Source: Candidatus Multivoradales bacterium (GTDB lineage Bacteria; Acidobacteriota; Thermoanaerobaculia; Multivoradales; J023). From it: a stretch of 64,000 nucleotides of DNA. Shown here one piece after another: positions 47,652 through 56,870 of the stretch (positions are counted from its first letter, which is position 1; each line of letters opens with the position of its first letter). The position numbers and the translations under genes were made by a program. Location: assembly GCA_965250305.1 (NCBI GenBank), contig CBDFNS010000013.1, positions 1-64,000 on the forward strand. Direction: 5' to 3'. The notes under the pieces are model-generated. The model made no database searches. It was not told where the DNA came from and worked only from the letters and a program-made list of their open reading frames with translations.

Positions 47652-47941
47652 CCGCGACCCGTACGGTCGGCAACGGTCTGGTCACCATCGGCAGCACGGC
47701 GTGCGACACCGAATCGCTCACCGGACCGCGTAACCGTACGCTCGAAGCGGCGGGCTGGCGGCGGCGCTTCCTGGCCGACGAGCAGCGGGCGCGGGAAGCG
47801 GTGACGCTGTACGAGTCGCTGGGGCTCGAGGCACGGGCCGAGCGGCTGCGGCCCGCCGACTTCGGGGCGGCCTGTGACGCTTGCAGCACCGCCGTATGTG
47901 TCAGTCACGTCTTGGTCTACACCCGTGAGCGCGCGCGGTGA
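47648..47941 (+). CDS. Small Cys-containing protein (98 aa) translationally coupled between bcrD-like and hcrC
   Basis: ATGA overlap upstream and GTGA overlap downstream. Cys residues at C..C-x2-C-x4-C (ACDACSTAVC). No known domain. Confidence 0.4.
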   Translation: MTATRTVGNGLVTIGSTACDTESLTGPRNRTLEAAGWRRRFLADEQRAREAVTLYESLGLEARAERLRPADFGAACDACSTAVCVSHVLVYTRERAR

Positions 47942-48549
47942 GCGCGATGCCCGAGCGCGTCCCGGATCACACGACGCTGATGTTGCAAATCAACGGTGAA
48001 GACCGAGCGGTGGTGTTTCCGACCCATCACACTCTGCTCGAGGTGTTGCGCGAGCGCTGCGGCCTGACCGGCACCAAACACGGCTGCGAGCTCGGCGAGT
48101 GCGGTGCCTGCACGATACTGATCGATGGTCGGTCCAGCCTCTCATGCCTGACCTTGGCGGCCGACATGGGCGGACGCAGCATCGAGACCGTGGAAGGGCT
48201 CGCTGGCCACGATCGCACGAGCGATGGCGCACAGAACAGGGCCCGGCTGCACCCGCTCCAGGCCGCTTTCGCCGACCTCGGCGCGGCCCAATGCGGCTAC
48301 TGCACGTCGGGCATGTTGCTCGCCGCGAAGGCGTTGCTGGCGGCCAACGACAACCCGAATGAGGCTGAGATCAGACAGGCCCTGGCCGGTAATCTCTGCC
48401 GCTGTACCGGCTACCGCGCGATCGTCGAGGCGGTCGTCTGGGCCGCCGCGCGTCTGCGCGGCGACAGCGCGTGGCGACCGCCGCCCGAGGCCTTCTATGG
48501 CTCGGCCGAGCCGGGCCAGCAACACGCGCCAGGCGATGCGGATGACTGA
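47938..48549 (+). CDS. hcrC: Molybdenum hydroxylase small subunit, [2Fe-2S]-binding (4-hydroxybenzoyl-CoA reductase gamma-like)
   Basis: Plant-type ferredoxin motif CELGECGACT and second-cluster motifs QCGYCTSGM / CRCTGY. Confidence 0.8.
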   Translation: MSAMPERVPDHTTLMLQINGEDRAVVFPTHHTLLEVLRERCGLTGTKHGCELGECGACTILIDGRSSLSCLTLAADMGGRSIETVEGLAGHDRTSDGAQNRARLHPLQAAFADLGAAQCGYCTSGMLLAAKALLAANDNPNEAEIRQALAGNLCRCTGYRAIVEAVVWAAARLRGDSAWRPPPEAFYGSAEPGQQHAPGDADD

Positions 48550-51022
48550 GCGCACGGCCGGCCGGCCGAGGGGACCTGTCGGTACGCCTTTCCGGCGCCT
48601 CGATGGCCGCGCCAAGGTCACCGGCCGGACCCGTTACGCCGACGATCTGAGTTTCCCACGCATGGGCCATGTACGGCTGCTGCGCAGCACGGTGCCGCAC
48701 GCCCGCGTACTCGGTGTCGAAACCGACTTGGCCGCGTCGATGCCGGGCGTCCTGGGCATTCTGACCGGCGCTGATTTGCCCATTCCCTACGGCATCTTGC
48801 CGGTCTCCCAGCACGAGCACGCATTGGCGTTCGAGACGGTTCGTTACGTCGGCGATCCGGTGGCGGCGGTCGCCGCGCTCAGCGAGGAGCAGGCGGCGGC
48901 GGCGCTACGGGCCATGGTAGTGGACTACCGGCCGTTGGCGACCATCGACTCGTTCGCGGACGCCTTCGATAACGATGCGCCGCCGATTCACGACGATGCG
49001 CAGCAAGGCAACGTGCACAAGCGGGTGTCGCTGTGCTTCGGTGACCTCGATGCGGGCTGGGCCGAGGCTGATCTGGTGCTCGAGGATACCTTCGACTACG
49101 CCGGCAACAGCCACCTGGCGCTCGAGCAGCACGCCACCGTCGCTGTGCCGGAGGGAGCGGATCGCCTGACCGTCTACTCATCGACCCAGGTGCCGCACTA
49201 CCTGCACCGGGCGCTGGCGCGGGTGCTGGAGTTGCGGCCGACGTGCATCCGGGTCGTGGCCTGTCCCATTGGCGGCGGCTTCGGCGGCAAGAGCGATATC
49301 TTCAACCACGAGATCGTCACCGCCAAGATGGCTCTGGTGCTCGACAGGCCGATGAAGATCGCACTCGGCCGCGACGAGGTTTTCTACTGTCACCGTGGCC
49401 GCCACCCGGTGCTGATGCGGCTCGAGACCGGCTTTCGCGCTGATGGCACGCTCACCGGTCAGCATCTGCAGACCGTGCTCGATGGCGGCGCCCACGGCAG
49501 CTACGGAGTGGCGAGCATGTTCTACACCGGCGCCTTGCAAACGGTGACTTATGACCTGCCACGTTATCGATTCGACGGCCTGCGGGCATTCACCAACAAG
49601 CCGCCGTGCGGCCCGAAGCGCGGCCACGGTACGCCGCAGCCGCGGTTCGCCCTCGAGGTTCAGCTCGACAAGGCCGCCCATCGGCTGGGCATCGACCCGG
49701 CCGACCTACGGTTGAGAAACCTGATCGCGGGCGGCTCGATCACGGCCAACTGGCTGCGCTTGGGCACGGTTGGCCTGCAACGGTGTATCGAGGCGGTGAT
49801 CCAGGGCAGCGGTTGGCGGCAGCGGTATGGCCAATTGCCCCACGGCCGCGGGCTGGGCCTGGCGTGTGGCGCCTATCTGTGCGGTGCCGGGCTGCCGATC
49901 TACTGGAATCCCATGCCCCACTCGGGGGTGCAACTGAAACTCGACCGTGGCGGTGGCGTGACGCTATTCTCGGGCCATACTGAGATCGGTCAGGGGTCGG
50001 ACAGCGCCCTGGCCGCCATCGTCGCCGAGATCCTCGGCCTCGAACCCGCGGACATCTACGTCTGCGCTGGCGACACGGCGCTGACCCCGGTCGATCTAGG
50101 CAGCTACTCGTCGCGCGTTACCATGATGGCCGGTCATGCCGCGTTGCAGGCCGCCGAGCGCGTCCGCGCGTTGTTAGCGCGGGCCATGGGTGAGCGACTC
50201 GGGGTGGCGGCGTCGCGGATTGTGCTCGCCGGCGGGCGGGTGTTCGACACTGAAGATCCGGCCGGCGGCACGTCCTTCGCCGAGGCGGTCGCCGCTGCCG
50301 AGGCGCGCTTCGGCACCCTCGCCACCACCGGCTCCTACACCCCGCCGCGGCCGTCCGGGCGCTACCGCGGCGCCGGGGTCGGGCCCTCACCCACCTACTC
50401 CTACAGCGCGGCGGTGGTCGAGGTCGAGGTCGATCCCAGCACCGGCATGTTCGACGTCTCCCGGGTGTGGATCGGTCACGATATCGGCCGTAGCATCAAT
50501 CCGGCGCTGGTGTTGGGGCAGGTCGAGGGCAGCGTCTACATGGGTTTGGGGGAGGCGATGATGGAGGAACAGTCTTTCCGTCGTCTGCCAGCCAGCCGGT
50601 CGTCCGCTCTGGTGCACCGGACACCATCGATGCTCGAGTACAAGAGCCTCACCGCCCTGGACATGCCGCCGGTGACCACCTACCTGATCGAGGAGCCCGA
50701 CGCCGCCGGGCCGCTGGGGGCCAAGGAGGTCGGGCAGGGACCCCTGCTGCCGATCATGCCGGCGGTCGCCAATGCCGTCTTCGATGCCGTCGGGGTGCGG
50801 ATCGACCAGGTACCGATCCAGCCACACATGATCATCGCGGCCTTGCGCGCGGCCGACCGAGGCGCTGAGGCACGTTTCGGACCGCGGTCGTTTCCGCAGG
50901 TTGATTTCGGCGCCGCCACGACCGTGCCGACACCCGCCGAGGGCGGCGATGGGCGAGCCGGGAACCGGCACCGTGACGAATCACGCCAGGAGCCAGTCGA
51001 TGCTGCGCCTACCGCCGTTTAG
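48542..51022 (+). CDS. hcrA: Molybdopterin-binding large subunit of a xanthine-dehydrogenase-family enzyme (4-hydroxybenzoyl-CoA reductase alpha-like)
   Basis: Aldehyde oxidase/xanthine dehydrogenase a/b hammerhead and MoCo-binding domains (..GGGFGGK.., ..GQGSDSALAAIVAE..). The start overlaps the hcrC stop. Confidence 0.8.
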   Translation: MTERTAGRPRGPVGTPFRRLDGRAKVTGRTRYADDLSFPRMGHVRLLRSTVPHARVLGVETDLAASMPGVLGILTGADLPIPYGILPVSQHEHALAFETVRYVGDPVAAVAALSEEQAAAALRAMVVDYRPLATIDSFADAFDNDAPPIHDDAQQGNVHKRVSLCFGDLDAGWAEADLVLEDTFDYAGNSHLALEQHATVAVPEGADRLTVYSSTQVPHYLHRALARVLELRPTCIRVVACPIGGGFGGKSDIFNHEIVTAKMALVLDRPMKIALGRDEVFYCHRGRHPVLMRLETGFRADGTLTGQHLQTVLDGGAHGSYGVASMFYTGALQTVTYDLPRYRFDGLRAFTNKPPCGPKRGHGTPQPRFALEVQLDKAAHRLGIDPADLRLRNLIAGGSITANWLRLGTVGLQRCIEAVIQGSGWRQRYGQLPHGRGLGLACGAYLCGAGLPIYWNPMPHSGVQLKLDRGGGVTLFSGHTEIGQGSDSALAAIVAEILGLEPADIYVCAGDTALTPVDLGSYSSRVTMMAGHAALQAAERVRALLARAMGERLGVAASRIVLAGGRVFDTEDPAGGTSFAEAVAAAEARFGTLATTGSYTPPRPSGRYRGAGVGPSPTYSYSAAVVEVEVDPSTGMFDVSRVWIGHDIGRSINPALVLGQVEGSVYMGLGEAMMEEQSFRRLPASRSSALVHRTPSMLEYKSLTALDMPPVTTYLIEEPDAAGPLGAKEVGQGPLLPIMPAVANAVFDAVGVRIDQVPIQPHMIIAALRAADRGAEARFGPRSFPQVDFGAATTVPTPAEGGDGRAGNRHRDESRQEPVDAAPTAV

Positions 51023-52040
51023 GTACCTGCGGGCGACGAGCGCCGCCGAAGCCGCCGCCATGCTGGCCAGCGAGGGGCCCGACAGTCGGCCGGTTGCCGG
51101 TGGTACCGGCCTGTGGCCCAACTTGAAGCGCGGTCAGCACCAGGCTGGCACGGTCGTGGGCTTGGCCGGTATCGCCGGGCTTTGTGGCATGGACCAAGGC
51201 CGGGCGGGGCGTGAGCTGCGTGTTGGCGCCACCACCGACCTGGCGACGGTCGCGTCCAGCGCCCTGATCCACCGGCGCTTCCCGGCGCTGTCACGGGCGG
51301 CGTCCAGCATCGCGTCGCCGGCACTGCGCAACCAGGGCACCCTCGGCGGCAATCTCTGCCTCGACACCCGCTGCACCTACTACGACCAACCCGAGCACTG
51401 GCGCCAGGCCATCGGTTATTGCAAGAAGGCGGCGGGTGAGGTGTGCTGGGTGGCACCGAGCTCGAAACGCTGCTGGGCGCACAGCGCTGGCGACACGGCA
51501 CCGGTGCTGTGCGCCCTCGGCGCGCGCCTGCGCCTGGTCTCGGCCTCCACAGAACGGGTGCTGCCGGTGGCGGAGCTCTTTCGCGACGACGGCATCGATC
51601 ACTTGGCCAAGAGGCACGACGAGGTCGTCGCCGACATCCTGCTACCCGCCGCCGCCCAGCACGCCGCCGGTGATCGCTGCCATTCGGCATTCTGGAAGCT
51701 CAGGCGCCGCGGTGTCATCGACTTTGCGGTCGTGTCGGTCGCCGCCACGGTGTGGTTCGATGGTGGTGGACGGGTCACCCGTGCCTCGATCTTTCTTGGT
51801 GCCGTGGCTTCGGCACCAGTGGCGGCGACCGAGGCGGCGGCAGCGCTGCGCGGCCAGCCGCTCGACGAAGAGACCATTGGCGAAGCCGCCCACCTTGCAC
51901 GCAAGGTCGCCACACCGATGGACAACACCGACTTACAGGCGCAGTGGCGTAGGCAGATGGTCGAGGTTTACACCGCCGCTGCTTTGCGTGAGATCGCCGG
52001 TCTGGATCCAGGTGTTGCGCCACCGAGACACTTGATGTAA
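51001..52040 (+). CDS. hcrB: FAD-binding medium subunit with inserted Cys-rich loop (4-hydroxybenzoyl-CoA reductase beta-like)
   Basis: FAD-binding CO-dehydrogenase-medium-subunit fold (VAGGTGLWPNLK) plus an inserted CLDTRCTYYDQPEHWRQAIGYCKKAAGEVCWVAPSSKRC. An extra [4Fe-4S] loop is the known hallmark of the 4-HBCR beta subunit. Confidence 0.7.
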
Positions 52041-52049
52041 CCGTCGAGC

Positions 52050-53321
52050 CTATGGGCTGGTCGTGCCGGCGAAGCGCCGAACGACCTTCAGGACCTCGTC
52101 CTCGGTGAGCAGCCGGGTCGATGCCTTGGCTTTGGCCAGTACCGCCAGCTCGATTGCTTCACCGGCGGGCAGGCCGCGGCTCGCCAGGTAATGGCGGACG
52201 TTGGACAGCCCGGACATGGCGCCGATTTCGATCTCCTGCCGGCTGTGGACCCAGCCGGCCGGTACCCCGGAATACACGTGCTCGGCGAGCCATGAATCGC
52301 CCTTGTCCAGCGCCTTGACGACCGCGGCGGCGTGGACGCCGGTGGCGGTGCGGAAGGCGTCGCGCCCGACGATCGGCGCATTGGCTGGCAGCGGCATACC
52401 GAGAGCGCGGGCGACCACCTCGACGTATTCCCGGAGCTGCGAGAGGTCGTCGTCGCGCCGCCCGAGCAGCTTGAGATTGACCAGGATTTGCTCCATTGCG
52501 GCGTTGCCGGTGCGCTCGCCGATGCCCAGGGCGGTTCCGTGGACCCGCGTGGCCCCGGCATCGACCGCCGCCAGCGTGTTGGCCAGGCCCAGGCCACGGT
52601 CGCAGTGACCATGCCAGTCGATTCCCACCGTCACGCCGAGTTCATCCAACAGCTCTCCTACCCAGGACACCAGTTTGGTGACACCGGCCGGGATGGCGGC
52701 GCCGACGGTATCGCACAGGCCGACGCGATCCGCCCCGGCGTCGATCGCGGCGGTGAGCAAGACGCGCAGATGCGCGGGCGCGGAACGGGCGGTGTCCTCC
52801 GTGACGTACAAGACCTCCAGACCCTCGCGCACCGCAAAGCCGATCGCATCGATGGTACAGCGGAGCACATGATCGAGGTCCCATCCTTCGGTGTCGAGGC
52901 GGATCGGGCTGCTGCCGATGAACAGCCCCGCCTCGATTGCCAAACCGGTCGCTTGACTCAGCTCGACGATCGGGCGGATATCGGCCTCGACGGTGCGGCC
53001 AGCACAACAGGGCTTGACCCGCAACCGGTGGTCAGTGATTTCGCGGCACAGCGCCGCCACCGATCGGCAATGCCGCGGGCCGGCGCCGGGCAGCCCGAGG
53101 TCGGCGCTGTCGATCCCCAAGCCGTCGATGGCGTGCAGGATCTCGATCTTGCTGGCCAGCGGTGGATTGGTGACCGACGGGCTCTGCAAGCCGTCGCGCA
53201 GCGTTTCGTCGTGCACCGCGATCCGTTGCTGCTCGGGGGTATCGGAGCGTGGCGGGGCCCAATCGTAGATCAGATCGTGGTGGCGGCGGACCGCCGCCGC
53301 CGCCTGATCGGCGGTCATCGC
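52050..53321 (-). CDS. DRE-TIM metallolyase: 2-isopropylmalate/homocitrate/citramalate-synthase-like protein
   Basis: LRDGLQS substrate motif, HGHCDRGLGLANTLAAVDAGA and GIGERTGNAAMEQI. Start is uncertain (53321 or 53411). Same strand and directly downstream of dch. Confidence 0.65.
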   Translation of the reverse strand, partial: AMTADQAAAAVRRHHDLIYDWAPPRSDTPEQQRIAVHDETLRDGLQSPSVTNPPLASKIEILHAIDGLGIDSADLGLPGAGPRHCRSVAALCREITDHRLRVKPCCAGRTVEADIRPIVELSQATGLAIEAGLFIGSSPIRLDTEGWDLDHVLRCTIDAIGFAVREGLEVLYVTEDTARSAPAHLRVLLTAAIDAGADRVGLCDTVGAAIPAGVTKLVSWVGELLDELGVTVGIDWHGHCDRGLGLANTLAAVDAGATRVHGTALGIGERTGNAAMEQILVNLKLLGRRDDDLSQLREYVEVVARALGMPLPANAPIVGRDAFRTATGVHAAAVVKALDKGDSWLAEHVYSGVPAGWVHSRQEIEIGAMSGLSNVRHYLASRGLPAGEAIELAVLAKAKASTRLLTEDEVLKVVRRFAGTTSP

Positions 53322-53346
53322 GGCCACCACGACTCCGGGCGCGGCA

Positions 53347-54171
53347 TCATTCGCCGGTCCAGACGGGTTGCCGCTTGCCGAGGAAGGCGGCGATTCCTTC
53401 GTTTCCGTCATGGCTGGGCAGAACCTGATCGAGGTACTGTCGTTCCGCTGCGGCCAGTGCCCGATCGAACTCTCGGACCCGGCCCGAACTCCGGCGCACG
53501 GCGGTTGTGGCCTGGCGCAGCGCGAAGGCGGACATCGGGCGCAGGGTCTTGCGGTACCAGGCGGTAGCGGCCGCCGTGGCATCTTCCGCGACCGGCGGCA
53601 CGGTCAACAAACCCGCAGCGTCCGCCCGCGCGGCGTCGAGGGTGGCGCCGGTGAGCAGCAGGCGCTCGGCGAGCGGACCGCCGAGCCGGGCGGCACCAAG
53701 GGCGGCCAGCACGGGTGGGAATACTCCGAGGTTGATCTCCGGGCAGGCGAAATGTGCCGATGAAGCGGCGAAGACGAAGTGGCAGCCGAGCACCAGCTCG
53801 AAGGCGCCGCCGAGGCAGCGGCCCTCGACCGCCGCGGCGATCGGCACCGGATAGTCGAAGACCGTTCGTACCAGCTGGTGGAAGGTTGCCAACAGCTCGG
53901 TGGCATGCTCTGGAAGATGCTCGGCAACGGACGCACCATAGGAAAAATGGGCGCCCGTGCCACGCAATACGATCAAGCGTAGCTCGCGGCCGTCGCGGTG
54001 TTGGTCGAGGCTGCGCGTGAGCGCTTGCATCATCGCCAGGGTGAGCACGTTGCCGGGCGGCTGGTCGAGCACCAGTTGCAGCAAGGTTCCGTCGTCGTGC
54101 CGCGTTGCACGGACCAACTCGCTGGTGGCGCTGGTGGCGCTGGTGGCGCTGGTGGCGCTGGTGGCGCTCAT
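53347..54171 (-). CDS. dch: Enoyl-CoA hydratase (crotonase) - cyclohexa-1,5-diene-1-carbonyl-CoA hydratase-like, with N-terminal (SAT)5 repeat
   Basis: Crotonase fold (..VLRGTGAHFSYGASV.., ..GGAFELVLGCHFVFA..). Size and context match Dch. ATGA overlap with the oah stop. Confidence 0.6.
   Translation of the reverse strand: MSATSATSATSATSATSELVRATRHDDGTLLQLVLDQPPGNVLTLAMMQALTRSLDQHRDGRELRLIVLRGTGAHFSYGASVAEHLPEHATELLATFHQLVRTVFDYPVPIAAAVEGRCLGGAFELVLGCHFVFAASSAHFACPEINLGVFPPVLAALGAARLGGPLAERLLLTGATLDAARADAAGLLTVPPVAEDATAAATAWYRKTLRPMSAFALRQATTAVRRSSGRVREFDRALAAAERQYLDQVLPSHDGNEGIAAFLGKRQPVWTGE
54122..54166. repeat. 9-bp tandem repeat (ctggtggcg)x5, in frame, encoding SATSATSATSATSAT at the dch N-terminus
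   Basis: Five perfect copies lie immediately after the start codon (54171). Confidence 0.9.
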
Positions 54172-55349
54172 GGGCGCGCCGATCCCGCGCCCACGGGAGC
54201 CGAGAACGCCGCCACCCTGGCTCGGTCTTGGTCGCGGCTGGCGCGGGCCGAGGGCGGCAGCACTTCGTCGATCAGCGCTTGGTCGAAGGGGTGACCTTCG
54301 GCCAAGCGGCGCCGCAGGGTGAGAAAGTCGATCACGCGCTCGCCCCGGTCACCATAGTGGAAGGCCGCGAAGCCGGCGGCTGCTTCTGTCGTCATGTTCA
54401 AGGACAGCCACGAGCGGTTGGTCTCAGCGTTCGCGTGCCAATGCTCCAGCTTCTTTTTGCGTAGACTTTCGAGGGTCTTGCGGGTGCAATCGGGGAAGGT
54501 ATGGAGCAGCTTGGTCACCAAACGGGCGATGGCCTGGTCGAGCTGGGTCAGGTCCATCGTGCAAGCACCGATTCGACTTTTCCCCTCGTCGCGTTCACGG
54601 TCGGTCTTCCATTCACCCAGCACCACCGTGCCGTGATCGTCCAGGTAGCGATCGGTGATCGCCAGGGGGTTGGCGATCCAGGTGTCGTCCGCTTGCCGGT
54701 ACACGGGGACGATGTCGTTGACCAAACCCAGGCGCGCGGCCTTGTGGGCGGACCACGGCTGGCACAGGACCAGCGACTCGGCAGCCTTGGAGATGCCGAC
54801 GAAGAGGTGGAGGAAATCGGTCGAGCCACCATCCGGGGCCGAGCCGTGCACCGGTCCGGCCTGACCGAAGGACGCATGGTCGCCCGCGACGGTGAAGTCG
54901 CACGCCATGCCGATCTCTTGGCCACCGCCGATCCGCATGCCATTGGCGCGGCAGATCACCGGCTTGTCGCACACCAGGATGCTGGTGACCATGTCATTGA
55001 ACAGTCGCATGTACTGGAGATACTCGAGCGGGCGGCCCGCGTAGTAGGTGGCGTACTCGGCGGTGTTGCCGCCGCTACAAAAGGCGCGGGTACCGGCACC
55101 GGTGAAGACCACGGCCACCGCCCGTCGATCGGCGCTGGCACGCCGGAAGGCATGGATAACCTCCTGGACGGCCGCGGTGGTGTAGGAGTTCAGCTGGCGC
55201 TCGTTGTCCAGCCAGATCCATACTTGATGCAAGCCCGCCACCGGCTGTCCTGTGCGATCGACGATGGGACGCTCTTCGTATCGGATGTGGCGGGTCTCCG
55301 GACCGCCGGCGGGCGCGTGATCCTTCAACTCGGTTATCGGCTCTCCCAT
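54168..55349 (-). CDS. oah: 6-oxocyclohex-1-ene-1-carbonyl-CoA hydrolase-like (ring-cleaving crotonase-family)
   Basis: About 390-aa crotonase-superfamily protein (..VFTGAGTRAFCSGGN.., ..GGGQEIGMACDF..). Typical Oah/BamA size. Located between had and dch. Confidence 0.6.
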   Translation of the reverse strand: MGEPITELKDHAPAGGPETRHIRYEERPIVDRTGQPVAGLHQVWIWLDNERQLNSYTTAAVQEVIHAFRRASADRRAVAVVFTGAGTRAFCSGGNTAEYATYYAGRPLEYLQYMRLFNDMVTSILVCDKPVICRANGMRIGGGQEIGMACDFTVAGDHASFGQAGPVHGSAPDGGSTDFLHLFVGISKAAESLVLCQPWSAHKAARLGLVNDIVPVYRQADDTWIANPLAITDRYLDDHGTVVLGEWKTDRERDEGKSRIGACTMDLTQLDQAIARLVTKLLHTFPDCTRKTLESLRKKKLEHWHANAETNRSWLSLNMTTEAAAGFAAFHYGDRGERVIDFLTLRRRLAEGHPFDQALIDEVLPPSARASRDQDRARVAAFSAPVGAGSARP

Positions 55350-55374
55350 CGTCGTTCTCCAGGTTGCGCGGGTG

Positions 55375-56433
55375 TCAAGCCTCCGGATGGAGGATCATCC
55401 GGCGTGTCAGCCGGTGATGTGCCATGTCGTCGAGCAAGCGGTCGAGGTCGGACATCGGGGCGTGGTCGACGAACGGCGAGAGCACGACCGAGCCGTCGTA
55501 GATCAGCTTCAGGATCTGCGGATAGACCTCGGGCGGGCAGCCCCAGGTGCCGTGAACGGACGCGTCGAAGGCCATTAGATTCGACAACCGCAGGGAGAGC
55601 TTCTCCGGCGTGTAGCCGATCACCATCAGGGTCGCCGCCGGCCCGAGAAGCGCGTACGCCAACGTCTGTCCCGGCGCCGTGCCGCTGCATTCGAAGATGC
55701 GCTGACGAAAGGATGGAATGCCCCAGCCGCCAGCCACGTTGCGCAGCTCACCGCGCACCTCGCGGGTGTCGCGGCCGGTGATGTCGACCGTATGCTCAGC
55801 ACCGATCGAGGTTGCCGCGACGAGGCGATCACTCGAGATGTCGCACGCCACCACGCGGGCGCCGAGTGCGCAGGCAATCTGGATCAGGAAGCCACCGACA
55901 CCGCCGGCACCGACCACGAAAACCGCATCGCCAGCGGCGAGGCCGGCACGGCGAATCGCCTGATAGGCGGTCGACACCGCATCGGCCACCACCGCCAGCT
56001 CGGCCAGCGGAAAGCCTGGTGGTGCATCGTCGAGGGGCACCAAGGGCGCCGCCGGTACCAGGACATGTGTGGCGAAACCGCCGTCGATATCGTTGCCGGG
56101 CATTTTCTGATCCGGACAGGCATTGCTGCGACCGGCGCGACAGAAGGCGCAGTGGCCGCACGGCAAGACCGCTGGCACCAACACCGGACGGTCTTCGAGC
56201 TGGCGATATCGATCACCGGCGGCGACCACCCGACCGGTGATTTCGTGGCCAAGCACCAGCGGCAGCGCGTGGCGCGGACGAACCGAGCCGTTGGCGAACG
56301 ACAGGTCGGTGTGACAGAGGCCACACGCTTCGACCTCGAGCACCACCTCGTCTGGACCCGGATCAGGCAGCGTCAGCGGGCGTAGCGCCAAGGGCTCCGA
56401 GGGGGCGGTGAGGTAGTAGCCGGTCGCCGTCAT
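55375..56433 (-). CDS. had: Zn-dependent alcohol dehydrogenase (6-hydroxycyclohex-1-ene-1-carbonyl-CoA dehydrogenase-like)
   Basis: Catalytic Zn motif GHEITGRVV with CGLCHTD; structural Zn motif CGHCAFCRAGRSNAC; NAD motif VVGAGGVGG. Confidence 0.65.
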   Translation of the reverse strand: MTATGYYLTAPSEPLALRPLTLPDPGPDEVVLEVEACGLCHTDLSFANGSVRPRHALPLVLGHEITGRVVAAGDRYRQLEDRPVLVPAVLPCGHCAFCRAGRSNACPDQKMPGNDIDGGFATHVLVPAAPLVPLDDAPPGFPLAELAVVADAVSTAYQAIRRAGLAAGDAVFVVGAGGVGGFLIQIACALGARVVACDISSDRLVAATSIGAEHTVDITGRDTREVRGELRNVAGGWGIPSFRQRIFECSGTAPGQTLAYALLGPAATLMVIGYTPEKLSLRLSNLMAFDASVHGTWGCPPEVYPQILKLIYDGSVVLSPFVDHAPMSDLDRLLDDMAHHRLTRRMILHPEA

Positions 56434-56481
56434 CGGTTGCGATCTCCACAGAGAGAGGATGGGCGGTGGATCGACGCCAAT

Positions 56482-56763
56482 TCAGGCTAGACCGCCGGGT
56501 TCCCGTACGCTATGACTTCGGTCATAGCGCCAGACGCCTCCCTCGGCGTGGAAGGTCGCCGCGTCTTCCTCGTCGTGGAAGAAACGGTCCTCGCGGCCCC
56601 AGGCCGTCAAGGTGTCGACGACCCGGCCGATCAGCTGGCGGACGCTGGTTTCGCGTTTGGCGTGATCGAGCGCGCTACGAAAATACTTGCTGGCCACGAT
56701 ATCGGTGGCCAGCTGCGACCAGACGGCGGGGTGTTCGGCGAGGGCCCCTTCGGCCTTGCCCAT
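56482..56763 (-). CDS. Hypothetical small protein (93 aa)
   Basis: Same orientation as the flanking genes. No recognisable domain. Alternative + strand ORF is less consistent with context. Confidence 0.25.
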   Translation of the reverse strand: MGKAEGALAEHPAVWSQLATDIVASKYFRSALDHAKRETSVRQLIGRVVDTLTAWGREDRFFHDEEDAATFHAEGGVWRYDRSHSVREPGGLA

Positions 56764-56870
56764 CGAGTCCTCCTGCGGTGGTTGCTGCGACCGCCACGGC
56801 GAGTCGCCCCTTCGGGCGTTGTCGTCCTATAACTGGCGTCGCGGCAGCAGCGTAGGGGCCGCTCGGTAAT

